Counted from the first letter of the stretch, positions 1 to 9,306 are shown. The stretch: 64,000 nt of DNA from an uncultured Gammaproteobacteria bacterium (GCA_963712695.1 CAVQJD010000011.1:5336-69335); one strand, 5' to 3'. Numbers and translations are program-made. The notes: generated by a model from the sequence alone, not told the origin.

Positions 1-447
1 CTCTGCCTTCTGCTTTGCCTCGGTCTCCGCCTTCTGCTTCGCTTCCGCCGCGGTCTTTTGCCTGGCCTCGGCGGCAGCCTTCAGTTTCGCTTCGGTTTCC
101 GCCTTCTGCTTTGCCTCGGTCTCCGCCTTCTGCTTCGCCTCGGCTTCCGCTTTCTGCTTTGCTGCTGCCTCAGCCTTCTGTTTGGCCTCCGCCTTCTGCT
201 TCGCCTCGGCGGCGGCCTTTTCCCGCGCGAGCTGTTCCTGCTTGCGTAGTTCTTCCTGCTTGCGCTGCTCGATTTTCTTCAGCGGGTCCTCGGTGACCAG
301 CTCGGCCTCGATCGGTATCTTTACACCCGGCGGTGCTGTCACCTTCGGCGTCCAGTCCAGCCCGATTACCAGCAACGCCAGCAATACCAGGTGCATCAGC
401 ACCGCATAGGCTACGGCGCGCGGATTCTCGCGTATCACCTTCCACAT
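1..447 (-). CDS. tolA: TolA (Tol-Pal system), N-terminal part; the gene runs off the left edge of the window
   Basis: Manual minus-strand translation from the ATG at 447-445 gives MWKVIRENPRAVAYAVLMHLVLLALLVIGLDW (single TM anchor). AEAKQKAE-type Lys/Ala/Glu repeats typical of TolA domain II follow. It lies 9 nt after the tolR stop. It is absent from the ORF track because no stop falls inside the window. Confidence 0.85.
   Translation of the reverse strand, partial: MWKVIRENPRAVAYAVLMHLVLLALLVIGLDWTPKVTAPPGVKIPIEAELVTEDPLKKIEQRKQEELRKQEQLAREKAAAEAKQKAEAKQKAEAAAKQKAEAEAKQKAETEAKQKAETEAKLKAAAEARQKTAAEAKQKAETEAKQKAE
5..138. repeat. 38-bp exact direct repeat (5-42 and 101-138), 96 bp (32 codons) apart, inside the tolA repeat domain
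   Basis: gccttctgctttgcctcggtctccgccttctgcttcgc occurs twice. Both copies encode the same AKQKAETEAKQKA block. Confidence 0.8.
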
Positions 448-456
448 AAACTGCGA

Positions 457-882
457 TCAACGCTCCGGCGGTTCCGTGACCAGACCGACCTTGGGAATTT
501 CTGCCTGCTGCAGCAGCACCAGCGCCGCCACCACCGCGCCATAATCCACGCTGTGATCCCCGCGAATCATCACACTCTTGCCGGGCTGGCGGCGCAGCAC
601 GGCCGAGATGTTGTTGACCAGGGTGTCACCGTCGACCGGCTGGTCGGGTGCGTCGCCCACGTTGAGGTACAGGCGGCCGGCGGCATCGACGCTCACCACC
701 AGCGGCTCCTTGTCCTGCTCATCCATGACCTTGGCCGGCGCCTCGGGCAGCTCGACGCTCACGCCCTGGGTAAGCAGCGGCGCAGTCACCATGAATATGA
801 CCAGCATCACCAGCATCACATCGATGTACGGCACGACGTTGATGTCGGCCATGGGCTTCTTGCGGGTACGGTGACGGGCCAT
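457..882 (-). CDS. tolR: TolR (ExbD/TolR family biopolymer transport protein)
   Basis: 141 aa. The motif INVVPYIDVMLVMLVIFMVTAPL is typical of ExbD/TolR, and the gene sits between tolQ and tolA. Confidence 0.93.
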   Translation of the reverse strand: MARHRTRKKPMADINVVPYIDVMLVMLVIFMVTAPLLTQGVSVELPEAPAKVMDEQDKEPLVVSVDAAGRLYLNVGDAPDQPVDGDTLVNNISAVLRRQPGKSVMIRGDHSVDYGAVVAALVLLQQAEIPKVGLVTEPPER

Positions 883-896
883 AGGGCTGTACTCGT

Positions 897-1583
897 TCAG
901 GCCGCCCGCTCGGGCTGCGCCTGACGGTGCAGGATGGTGGAGAATTCCTCCAGGAAATTGTCATAGCGATTGATCAGGCGTTCCACGTCGTTGGAATAGC
1001 GGTTATAGGCGATCACCGCGGGAATGGCGGCAAACAGGCCCATGGCGGTGGCTATCAGCGCCTCGGCAATGCCGGGCGCGACCATCGACAGCGTCGCCTG
1101 CTGCGCATTGCCGAGTCCGCGGAATGAATTCATGATGCCCCACACCGTACCGAACAGGCCGACATAGGGACTGGTCGAGCCGACAGTGGCAAGAAACGAC
1201 AGATGCGTCTCGAGGTCGTCGGTCTCGCGCGACAGCACCACGCGCATGACACGCTGCGCGCCCTCTACCACGCTGCGCGAGTCGCTGCCGGTTTGCTTGC
1301 GCAGACGCGCGAACTCGCTGAAGCCGGCCTGGAAGATCCCGGCCATGCCGATGACAGAGTCGGGCTTGCTGGAGATCTCGCGGTAGAGCGCGGACAAATC
1401 GCCCCCCGACCAGAAGCGGTCCTCGAATTCATCCGCCGCCGCCTGTGCCGCCTTCAGCGCCGTGCGCCTGCGGAAGATCATGGTCCAGCTCGCCATGGAC
1501 ACGCCAAGCAGCAGCAGCATGACCAGCTTCACGACCATGCTGGCGCCCATGATCAGGTGGAAAAACGACATGTCCGTGGCCAT
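897..1583 (-). CDS. tolQ: TolQ (MotA/TolQ/ExbB proton channel)
   Basis: 228 aa with three TM segments. The GLFGTVWGIMNSF and APGIAEALIATAMGLFAAIPAVIAYN motifs are present. Gene order is ybgC-tolQ-tolR-tolA. Confidence 0.95.
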   Translation of the reverse strand: MATDMSFFHLIMGASMVVKLVMLLLLGVSMASWTMIFRRRTALKAAQAAADEFEDRFWSGGDLSALYREISSKPDSVIGMAGIFQAGFSEFARLRKQTGSDSRSVVEGAQRVMRVVLSRETDDLETHLSFLATVGSTSPYVGLFGTVWGIMNSFRGLGNAQQATLSMVAPGIAEALIATAMGLFAAIPAVIAYNRYSNDVERLINRYDNFLEEFSTILHRQAQPERAA

Positions 1584-1982
1584 TCAAAACTCCTTCAGAA
1601 TGAAATCCGGTAGTGGCCTGGGCTTGAACGCGTCCGCGTCGAGACAGGCAATCTTCACCGCTGCGCTGCACAATACCTGCGCATCAACGACACGGGTGAC
1701 GGCCTGCCGGAAAGTCAGGCTGGCGCGGCCACGCGTCGAGACCTCGGCACTCACATCGAGTTCTTCGTTGAAGCGTGCCGGCGCAAGGAAATCGATGTAT
1801 GCCGAGCGCACCGCAAACAGAATGCCCTGCTCGGCACGCAGCCGGTCCTGTTCAAAGCCCCGCGCGCGCATCCACTCTGTCCTGGCGCGTTCCATGAAGC
1901 GCAGGTAATTGGCGTAGTAGACCACGCCGCCACTGTCGGTATCCTCGTAATAAACCCGCACGCGCCACTGAAAGCCGGTCAT
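1584..1982 (-). CDS. ybgC: Tol-Pal-associated acyl-CoA thioesterase YbgC (hotdog fold)
   Basis: 132 aa. RVYYEDTDSGGVVYYANYLRFMERAR is the 4HBT/YbgC signature. It abuts the tolQ start. Confidence 0.9.
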   Translation of the reverse strand: MTGFQWRVRVYYEDTDSGGVVYYANYLRFMERARTEWMRARGFEQDRLRAEQGILFAVRSAYIDFLAPARFNEELDVSAEVSTRGRASLTFRQAVTRVVDAQVLCSAAVKIACLDADAFKPRPLPDFILKEF

Positions 1983-2099
1983 GCGTTGCCCTCATGGACC
2001 ATTAGTGACCACGGTGTGCACGAAAAATTCCCTGTCGCGAGATGGTGTTAGCATGTGCGCAGCGTGTCAAGCTGTCGGGTAACAGCGACATCCGGAGTA

Positions 2100-3164
2100 T
2101 CAGGATGAGACGTCCTCGCTGGTTTCTCCATCAAACAGTTCCAGCGGTTCCGCGAGCGGATGCGCCGGTGGTTTCAGGCCACAGTGCAGGTAGGCATGAC
2201 GTGTGGCGACACGGCCACGCGGAGTGCGCATGATGAAGCCCTGCTGGATCAGGTAGGGCTCCAGCACATCCTCGATAGTGCCGCGCTCCTCGCCGATGGC
2301 GGCGGACAAATTGTCCACCCCGACCGGACCACCACCGAATTTTTCGATGATGGTGGTCAGCAGCTTGCGGTCCTGGGTATCGAAACCCAGCTCGTCAACA
2401 TCCAGCATGATCATTGCCGCGGCAGCCACATCACGCGTGATGTGGCCGTCCGCCCTGACCTCGGCGTAGTCGCGCACGCGGCGCAGCAAGCGATTGGCAA
2501 TGCGCGGCGTGCCACGCGAGCGTCGCGCCAGTTCCAGCGCACCCTCGGCGTCGATGCCGATATTGAGGATGCCGGCAGCGCGCTGCAGGATCCCGGCCAG
2601 ATCGCGCTGGTTGTAGAACTCCAGACGCTGCACGATGCCGAAGCGGTCGCGCAGCGGCGAGGTCAACAGGCCCGCGCGCGTGGTGGCCCCGACCAGCGTG
2701 AACGGTGGCAGGTCGAGCTTGATGGAACGCGCGGCCGGCCCCTCGCCGATCATAATGTCGAGCTGAAAGTCTTCCATCGCCGGGTACAGGATCTCCTCCA
2801 CCACCGGGCTGAGGCGATGGATCTCGTCGACAAACAGCACGTCGTTCGGTTCGAGATTGGTGAGCAGCGCAGCCAGATCGCCGGGGCGCTCCAGCACCGG
2901 GCCGGAGGTGTGGCGCAGGCTGGCGCCGATCTCGTTGGCGATGATATGTGCCAGCGTGGTCTTGCCCAGCCCGGGCGGACCGAAAATCAGGGTGTGGTCC
3001 AGCGCGTCCCCGCGCTGGCGCGCTGCACTGATGAAAATCTCCATCTGCTCGGAGACCTGCGGCTGGCCCACGTAATCGACCAGACGCTGCGGCCGGACGG
3101 TCCGGTCGAGGATCTCGTCCTCGCGCGAACCCTTGGGAGTCACCAGGCGATCCGCTTCTATCAT
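2100..3164 (-). CDS. ruvB: Holliday junction branch migration helicase RuvB
   Basis: Walker [10 protein letters not shown], Walker [11 protein letters not shown], and C-terminal [16 protein letters not shown] are present. The start is set at the internal MIEADRL (canonical RuvB N-terminus). The ORF track extends 8 codons further, to 3188. Confidence 0.95.
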   Translation of the reverse strand: MIEADRLVTPKGSREDEILDRTVRPQRLVDYVGQPQVSEQMEIFISAARQRGDALDHTLIFGPPGLGKTTLAHIIANEIGASLRHTSGPVLERPGDLAALLTNLEPNDVLFVDEIHRLSPVVEEILYPAMEDFQLDIMIGEGPAARSIKLDLPPFTLVGATTRAGLLTSPLRDRFGIVQRLEFYNQRDLAGILQRAAGILNIGIDAEGALELARRSRGTPRIANRLLRRVRDYAEVRADGHITRDVAAAAMIMLDVDELGFDTQDRKLLTTIIEKFGGGPVGVDNLSAAIGEERGTIEDVLEPYLIQQGFIMRTPRGRVATRHAYLHCGLKPPAHPLAEPLELFDGETSEDVSS

Positions 3165-3396
3165 GCGGCTCGCACCCGAACACGGCACCGGATAGCCCGC
3201 AGGCCAGCTGCGCTGACTGCAGTGAAACCTGAATGCGGCATTCTCATGGTGTCTATCAACTGTACAGTGTGTATGCGGTTACCGGTCGTGCCCGGGACTG
3301 AGCGGTCCTCGCGCATTCCGGCGCTGACTACCGTCCTTATCTGCGCCTGTGGCGAAAAGCCGGGCTAGTTTCAGTGAGCTGGCCGCAGTAATCAAG

Positions 3397-3993
3397 CTAC
3401 TGCACCACGGATTGCAGGGCGTGGCGGATAATCTCTTCAGACGACAAATCCTTGACGTTGACGGCACGCACCATGCGGCTGGCCTCCAGCGGTTTGTAGC
3501 CCAGTCCGACCAGTGCGCTGACTGCGTCCTCCACCGGGCTGGCCACCGGCGCCGTGGTTGTGCCGGGTGTCACCGCGCCCATACCGGTCTCGGCCGACAA
3601 CCGGTCGCGCAGTTCGATAATGAGCCGCTCGGCCGTCTTTTTACCGATACCCGGCAATCGTATCAGGGCGTGCGTGTCACCGGCCTGCACACAGGCGATG
3701 AACTGGCCGGCGGCCATGCCGGACAGGATGCCAAGTGCCAGTCGTGCGCCGACGCCGTTGACCCTGAGCAGATGCCGAAACAGGGTGCGGTCGGACAGAC
3801 GCAAAAAGCCATACAGGGTATGCGCGTCCTCGCGCACGGCCAGATGGGTGTAGAGCGTGATGTCGTGACCGACGGCGGGCAGGTCGTAAAAAGTGGTCAT
3901 GGGCACGTCGATCTCGTAGCCGACGCCCTGCACATCGAGCAACAGCGTCGGCGGCTGTTTGTCGAGCAGACGTCCGCGCAGCAGTCCGATCAC
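3397..3993 (-). CDS. ruvA: Holliday junction DNA helicase subunit RuvA
   Basis: The GTG start at 3993-3991 gives [31 protein letters not shown], the canonical RuvA N-terminus. HhH motifs ([29 protein letters not shown]) are present. The start overlaps the ruvC stop as GTGA. The longer 243-aa track ORF is an upstream extension. Confidence 0.92.
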   Translation of the reverse strand: MIGLLRGRLLDKQPPTLLLDVQGVGYEIDVPMTTFYDLPAVGHDITLYTHLAVREDAHTLYGFLRLSDRTLFRHLLRVNGVGARLALGILSGMAAGQFIACVQAGDTHALIRLPGIGKKTAERLIIELRDRLSAETGMGAVTPGTTTAPVASPVEDAVSALVGLGYKPLEASRMVRAVNVKDLSSEEIIRHALQSVVQ

Positions 3994-4505
3994 GTGCGTG
4001 CCTCGCGTGCCGGCTGCATGGCCTGCATGCGGCGGCGCGATTCGCGGTGATGCCCGTGGCAGATGGCAATGCCAAGCGCATCGGCAGCGTCGCTGGGTGG
4101 CTTGCCGCGCAGCGCCAGCAGCACGCATATCATGTGCTGCACCTGTTCCTTGGTTGCCGCACCGGTACCGGTCACGGCCTGCTTGATCGCGCGCGCGGCA
4201 TACTCATCGACAGGAAGATTCTGCTGTACGGCCGCGCAAATTGCCGCACCGCGCGCCTGGCCGAGCTTGAGCGCGGAGTCGGCGTTCTTGCTGATGAACA
4301 CACATTCGATGGCCATTTCGTCGGGCCGGTATTCGCCGATGATGCCGCCGACGCCGGCCAGGATGATGCCGAGCCGTTCCGCCAGCGTATCACCCCGCAC
4401 GCGGATGCAGCCGCTGGCCACATAGGCCAAACGCTGCCCGTCCTGGTCGACGATGCCGTAGCCGGTAACCCGGGAGCCCGGGTCGATGCCGAGAATACGC
4501 GTCAT
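3990..4505 (-). CDS. ruvC: Crossover junction endodeoxyribonuclease RuvC
   Basis: 171 aa. [19 protein letters not shown] and the C-terminal [12 protein letters not shown] are RuvC catalytic-site motifs. Confidence 0.93.
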   Translation of the reverse strand: MTRILGIDPGSRVTGYGIVDQDGQRLAYVASGCIRVRGDTLAERLGIILAGVGGIIGEYRPDEMAIECVFISKNADSALKLGQARGAAICAAVQQNLPVDEYAARAIKQAVTGTGAATKEQVQHMICVLLALRGKPPSDAADALGIAICHGHHRESRRRMQAMQPAREART

Positions 4506-4622
4506 GTGTGGCGGTCATGCCCTCTTTGATTGCGGCTTGCGAAAACAAGTCACACACATCATATAACAGCCGTCATGCACACGCTGGATAAATGTTTCCG
4601 GTCTGCTTGAACATGCCAATGG

Positions 4623-4841
4623 CCACGGAACCCACGGAAGAACACGGAAAAATAAAACCCTTTCCATATGGTTTCCTGGCTGGTATCCATCGCGCATGAG
4701 ATGCGCTCCTGCAACAATGATCCCAACGTGAACATACCGCACCTTTCACGTCTCACGTCTCACGTCTCACGTCTCACGTCTCACGCAATGGTGCACAGTC
4801 TGCACCCTGCATTTTTCCGTGTTCTTCCGTGGATTCCGTGG
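4623..4841. repeat. MITE/REP-like element: 30-bp terminal inverted repeats (4623-4652 and 4812-4841, 29/30 complementary) around a core of about 160 bp
   Basis: The left arm ccacggaacccacggaagaacacggaaaaa is the reverse complement of the right arm tttttccgtgttcttccgtggattccgtgg, apart from one position. Each arm holds three CACGGAA units spaced 9-10 bp. A related copy lies at 15662-15734. It sits in the yebC-ruvC intergenic region. Confidence 0.7.
4746..4786. repeat. Heptanucleotide tandem repeat (TCACGTC), 5 perfect copies plus a partial sixth
   Basis: Read directly: tcacgtc x5 (4746-4780), then tcacgc. It is located inside the inverted-repeat element, upstream of ruvC and downstream of yebC. 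Confidence 0.9.
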
Positions 4842-4874
4842 ATTCCTTGGTGATTACCCGGCTTCAGATTCCAA

Positions 4875-5621
4875 TCAGGCCAGTTGCGCCAGGATGTCCT
4901 CGGCGATGTCCGCGTTGGAATAGACTTCCTGCACATCGTCGAGGTCTTCCAGCCGCTCCAGCATGCGTACCATCTTTTCCGCGTCTTCCAGCTCCAGCGC
5001 GATCGTGTTGTCGGCGCGCATGGTGATCTCGGCCTGCTCGGCCTCGAGCCCGGCGGCAATCATGGCGTCACGCACTTCGATAAACTGCTCCGGCTGGGTC
5101 AGCACGTCGAAGGAACCATCATCGTAACCGCGCACGTCGTCGGCACCCGCTTCCAGCGCGGCCTCCATGAGCCGGTCCTCGTCGGTACCTTTCGGATAGC
5201 TCAGCACACCGGCCTTGGTGAACTGGTAGGCGACCGAACCATCGGTACCGAGATTGCCGCCGGCCTTGCTGAAGGCATGGCGCACCTCGGCCACCGTGCG
5301 ATTGCGGTTATCGGTCATGCAGTCGACCATGACCGCCACGCCGCCCGGACCATAGCCCTCGTAACGCACCTCTTCGTAATTCTCGCCTTCCGCGGCGCCG
5401 GCACCGCGCTTGATGGCACGCTCGATGGTGTCCTTGGTCATGTTGGCGGTGGCGCCTTGTCCACCGCCACACGCAGGCGCGGGTTGAGACGCCGGGTCCG
5501 GATCACCCATGCGCGCAGCGACAGTGATTTCGCGAATAAGTTTGGTGAACAGCTTGCCGCGCTTGGCGTCCTGGGCATTCTTGCGATGCTGGATATTCGC
5601 CCATTTACTGTGCCCTGCCAT
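4875..5621 (-). CDS. yebC: YebC/PmpR (TACO1) family transcriptional/translational regulator; has an internal out-of-frame segment (see findings)
   Basis: 248 aa. [36 protein letters not shown] is the family N-terminus. Residues after GDPDPAS read [12 protein letters not shown], and the expected [11 protein letters not shown] is encoded in the +1 frame of the same DNA. Confidence 0.88.
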   Translation of the reverse strand: MAGHSKWANIQHRKNAQDAKRGKLFTKLIREITVAARMGDPDPASQPAPACGGGQGATANMTKDTIERAIKRGAGAAEGENYEEVRYEGYGPGGVAVMVDCMTDNRNRTVAEVRHAFSKAGGNLGTDGSVAYQFTKAGVLSYPKGTDEDRLMEAALEAGADDVRGYDDGSFDVLTQPEQFIEVRDAMIAAGLEAEQAEITMRADNTIALELEDAEKMVRMLERLEDLDDVQEVYSNADIAEDILAQLA

Positions 5622-5845
5622 GAAAAAACGTCCTCATACTGGAGAATTCGCGCATATTAGCATTGCCGGGAAGTCCAGTGACAGTGCCGACTGCGGCAGA
5701 CCACCGGGAAAAATCGCTACACAGCGAACCGGGAACAGATCAACTGCGCGCCCGACTTCATAGCGCCTGCCTGATCAGGTATAGTCGCCTTCGACCATGA
5801 CTACCCGGCAACCCTGCCTGCAATCTGCAACACTCAGCAACTGAC

Positions 5846-6970
5846 GTGCTGCAACTACCCATCAAACCCGAATGGCTGCTTTTTGCAGCAGTTGTGGTAT
5901 GCACGACCGCACTTGCCCTGCTGACGATCCGCTGGATCGCACCACAACTGCTGGGACTGCCGGTTGACCTGCAGCTGGTGCAATCCAGCAAGACAGTCCC
6001 GCCTTTTTTTGACGGGGTTTTCAGGGATGCAGACTACCGGACAGATGAGCTCCTGCTGAATGACCCCGTTACCAGCATACGCTTCAGGCCCTTGCTCGAC
6101 GCAGACGCCGGAACCGGACCACACGATATCCTCGGTTTTCGCAACACCGGCATACCCAATGATCCCGCTGTCATAGCCATCGGCGACAGCCAGACCTACG
6201 GCATCGGCGAGCCCATCGAAAATACCTGGCCCAGCCAGCTCTCCGCCATGCTGGGCACAGGGAATACCGGGATATACAGCATGGCCGTTGGCGGGTGGGG
6301 GGCCACGCAATACCTCCACCTCGCTGCAGTGGCCGCGAAGTTCAACCCACGCAGCATCATCGTCGCCTTCTACACTGGCAATGACGCGCTTGAATCCTTC
6401 GCCTCGGTGTACGGAAATGAATACTGGAGCTCACTGCGGCCGGACACCACGCTCGACAAGTCCGGTGCCCCCGCGTTCGGCAACCTGCTCGATGTGGAAA
6501 AATCCTGGCCAGTGACATTCCAGGACGCGGTCAGCATGGTGTTTACACCCTCGGCCAGGCTGGTCACCAACGACGGCCATCCTGCCGTAACTGCAGGCTA
6601 CGCCATCATGGCCGAGGTGGCGGACCGCATCGCCGCACTGGCAACGGCACAGGACATCAGTGTGATCTTTACTGTGATACCAACCCGGGAACTGGCCTAC
6701 GCCCGGAAAGTGCACGCAGCAGACCTGACTCCCCCCGACAGCTACCTGCAACTGGTGAAGATGGAACGTGAACATATCGATCTGCTGGCCGCTCACATCA
6801 GAGCCCTCGCCGGCACACGCTATGTCGACCTGATCGCCCCGCTGCAATCAGCAGCACTGGACCCGGAATCGCTGTATCCGCGACAGTGGGATGGTCATCC
6901 GGGTGCGGCGGGCTACCGGGTTATCGCTGCGACCCTGGCCCCGGCGGTCAGGGATGCACTTGCCAGGTAA
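5846..6970 (+). CDS. Membrane-anchored SGNH/GDSL-family hydrolase
   Basis: 374 aa with a GTG start and an N-terminal TM helix (LLFAAVVVCTTALALLTI). SGNH blocks are present: AIGDSQTYG (block I Ser), GGWG (II), TGNDA (III), WDGHPG (V, DxxH). The specific substrate is unknown. Confidence 0.7.
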   Translation: MLQLPIKPEWLLFAAVVVCTTALALLTIRWIAPQLLGLPVDLQLVQSSKTVPPFFDGVFRDADYRTDELLLNDPVTSIRFRPLLDADAGTGPHDILGFRNTGIPNDPAVIAIGDSQTYGIGEPIENTWPSQLSAMLGTGNTGIYSMAVGGWGATQYLHLAAVAAKFNPRSIIVAFYTGNDALESFASVYGNEYWSSLRPDTTLDKSGAPAFGNLLDVEKSWPVTFQDAVSMVFTPSARLVTNDGHPAVTAGYAIMAEVADRIAALATAQDISVIFTVIPTRELAYARKVHAADLTPPDSYLQLVKMEREHIDLLAAHIRALAGTRYVDLIAPLQSAALDPESLYPRQWDGHPGAAGYRVIAATLAPAVRDALAR

Positions 6971-6994
6971 ATCAAACGAATACAGCAACGCTCA

Positions 6995-8776
6995 TCACGA
7001 CTCCAGCACCGGCGGCTTGCGCAGGTGGATGCCGAGCTCGATGAGCTGGCCCGGGGCCACGACCGATGGGGCATTGGTGAGCGGACAGGACGCGGTCTGT
7101 GTCTTGGGAAAGGCCATCACCTCGCGGATCGAGTTTGCGCCGGCCATCAGCATCACCAGCCGGTCGAGGCCAAAAGCGATACCGCCGTGCGGGGGACAGC
7201 CGTAGCGCAGCGCGTCGAGCAGGAAACCGAACTTGTCGCGCGCCTCCTCCTCGCCAATGCCCAGCAGGTGCAGCACCGCCTCCTGCATGTCGACACGGTG
7301 AATACGGATGGAACCACCACCCAGCTCGGTGCCGTTCAGGACCATGTCATAGGCGCGCGACAATGCGTTGCCCGGATCGAAAGCGAGCTGTGCCGGGTCA
7401 TCGATGTTCGGTGCGGTGAACGGATGATGCAGCGCCATCCAGCGATTGGCTTTTTCGTCGCGCTCGAACATGGGAAAGTCCACCACCCATACCGGCGCCC
7501 ACGCACCCTGCACCAGGCCGCGGTCGTGACCCAGTCTCACACGCAGCGCGCCGAGTGATTCATTGACAACTTTTGCCTTGTCGGCACCGAAGAATACCAG
7601 GTCACCGTCCTCGACACCGGTGCGTTCGACCAGCGTGGCGACCACGTCATCGGGCAGGAATTTCAGGATCGGCGATTGCAGCCCGTCGCGCCCGGCCGCG
7701 ACGTCGTTGGCCTTGATGTAGGCCAGGCCCTTCGCGCCGTACTTGCCGACGTAACCGGTGTAGTCGTCGATGTCCTTGCGGCTGATGTCGCCGCCACCCG
7801 GCACGCGCAGCGCGGCGATGCGGCCGTCGGGATCATTCGCCGGTGCGGAGAATACCTTGAACTCCACCTTCTGCATCAGGTCACCGAGGTCGACCAGTTC
7901 CAGCGGGATACGCAGATCGGGACGGTCGGTGCCGAAGCGGCGCATGGCCTCATGATAGGTCATGCGCGGGAATGGATCCGGCAATACAACGCCGAGCACG
8001 TCGCTGAACAGCCCGCGCACCATGGTCTCGGTGATACCCATGATGTCGTCCTCGGTCAGGAACGCGGTCTCGATATCGAGCTGGGTGAATTCCGGCTGGC
8101 GGTCGGCGCGCAGGTCCTCGTCGCGAAAACAGCGCGCGATCTGGTAGTAGCGGTCCACGCCACCCATCATCAGCAGCTGCTTGAACAGCTGTGGCGACTG
8201 CGGCAGCGCGAAAAACTCGCCCGGGTGGGTGCGGCTCGGCACCAGGTAGTCGCGCGCGCCTTCCGGCGTCGAGCGCGTCAGCACCGGTGTCTCGACGTCG
8301 ATGAAGCCGTGCCCGTCCAGGTAATTGCGCATGGCGCGGGTGATGCGGGCGCGCAGACGCAGCCGCTCCTGCATCAGCGGACGGCGCAGGTCGATGTAGC
8401 GGTAGCGCAACCGGTTCTCCTCGCTGACATCGTTATCATCGAGCTGGAACGGCGGTGTCTCCGCGCTGTTCAGCACGGTCAGCGCCAGCCCGAACACCTC
8501 CACCGCGCCGGTCGGCATGTCCGGGTTTTCAGTACCTGCCGGGCGGCGCCGCACCCGGCCGGTGACCTGCAACACGTACTCGCTGCGCACCCGCTCCGCA
8601 GTGGCGAAAGTCTGTGCGTCATCCGGGTCGAACACCACCTGCACCAGGCCGCGGTGGTCGCGCAGGTCGATGAAGATCACACCGCCATGGTCGCGCCGGC
8701 GATGCACCCAGCCACACAGGGTGACCTCCTGGTCGAGGTGGGCAACATTGAGTTCACCACAATAGAGACTGCGCAT
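6995..8776 (-). CDS. aspS: Aspartate--tRNA ligase
   Basis: The start is set at the internal [40 protein letters not shown] (canonical AspRS N-terminus, 593 aa). Class II motifs [18 protein letters not shown] and GGGSIRIH...GLDRLVM are present. Confidence 0.95.
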   Translation of the reverse strand: MRSLYCGELNVAHLDQEVTLCGWVHRRRDHGGVIFIDLRDHRGLVQVVFDPDDAQTFATAERVRSEYVLQVTGRVRRRPAGTENPDMPTGAVEVFGLALTVLNSAETPPFQLDDNDVSEENRLRYRYIDLRRPLMQERLRLRARITRAMRNYLDGHGFIDVETPVLTRSTPEGARDYLVPSRTHPGEFFALPQSPQLFKQLLMMGGVDRYYQIARCFRDEDLRADRQPEFTQLDIETAFLTEDDIMGITETMVRGLFSDVLGVVLPDPFPRMTYHEAMRRFGTDRPDLRIPLELVDLGDLMQKVEFKVFSAPANDPDGRIAALRVPGGGDISRKDIDDYTGYVGKYGAKGLAYIKANDVAAGRDGLQSPILKFLPDDVVATLVERTGVEDGDLVFFGADKAKVVNESLGALRVRLGHDRGLVQGAWAPVWVVDFPMFERDEKANRWMALHHPFTAPNIDDPAQLAFDPGNALSRAYDMVLNGTELGGGSIRIHRVDMQEAVLHLLGIGEEEARDKFGFLLDALRYGCPPHGGIAFGLDRLVMLMAGANSIREVMAFPKTQTASCPLTNAPSVVAPGQLIELGIHLRKPPVLES

Positions 8777-8859
8777 GGCTGGATTCCGGTCGAGTGCGTT
8801 GGAAAACGTGAAATGGTACGGGGTTGCGCGGGGGGGTGCAACTATCAGCCTGATCCGGC

Positions 8860-9159
8860 TCACTTTTTGGTCGTGGACGTGTCCGCGGCACCCTTGCTGG
8901 CCGGCTTGTCTGCGCCCCCTGTGGCAGGCTTGTCGCTCGCGCCCGGCTTGTCACCGCCGGCAACGTTTTTCTTGCTGCCGGTCTTGAAGTCAGTTTCATA
9001 CCAGCCACCGCCCTTGAGTCGGAAAGCGCTGGGCGAGACCAGCTTCTTGAGTGACTCTTCCCCGCACTCGGGACAGCGCGTCAGGGGTGCTTCACTGACC
9101 TTTTGCAGGGTGTCGAAGGTGTGCCCGCAGGCAGCACACTGATATTCATAGATTGGCAT
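8860..9159 (-). CDS. FmdB-family putative regulatory zinc-ribbon protein with a low-complexity C-terminal tail
   Basis: 99 aa. [33 protein letters not shown] is the CxxC...CxxC FmdB signature. The tail is Gly/Lys/Pro/Ala-rich. Confidence 0.85.
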   Translation of the reverse strand: MPIYEYQCAACGHTFDTLQKVSEAPLTRCPECGEESLKKLVSPSAFRLKGGGWYETDFKTGSKKNVAGGDKPGASDKPATGGADKPASKGAADTSTTKK

Positions 9160-9306
9160 GCTCGGATTACGTCTTTTAGGCCTGATTTACAGGCCGGCGC
9201 ATTATACAGGCCGCGCGCGGCCTGAATACAGCGGCAGTGGCATAACGGTACCGCCGGCAGCCTGATTCTGTGAGAATGTGCGGCTCGATTCCCAGGCACG
9301 GCACCA

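Noticed and set aside
3259-3268. Palindrome actgtacagt in the ruvA-ruvB spacer, considered as an SOS (LexA) box
   Set aside because: It does not fit CTGT-N8-ACAG. The flanks give CTGTACAGTGTGTATG, which lacks the distal ACAG.
2160-3368. 402-aa plus-strand ORF antisense to ruvB
   Set aside because: This is a shadow ORF typical of high-GC DNA. The composition is Arg/Ala/Gly/Gln-rich with no recognisable motif, and it is fully embedded opposite a well-supported gene.
4668-4853. 61-aa ORF with the repeated peptide RLTSHVSRLTSH and terminal LPWIPWIPW
   Set aside because: The peptide repeats are simply the translation of the heptamer microsatellite and of the CACGGAA repeat arm. There is no RBS and no coding-like composition.
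7676-9142. 488-aa plus-strand ORF antisense to aspS and the FmdB gene
   Set aside because: Same reasoning: low-complexity translation, no motifs, and it spans two confidently called minus-strand genes.
9207-9224. 18-bp perfect GC-rich palindrome caggccgcgcgcggcctg in the FmdB/ABC divergent spacer
   Set aside because: It could be an operator. However, GC-rich palindromes of this kind arise easily in high-GC DNA, there is a single copy in the window, and no regulator is linked to it.
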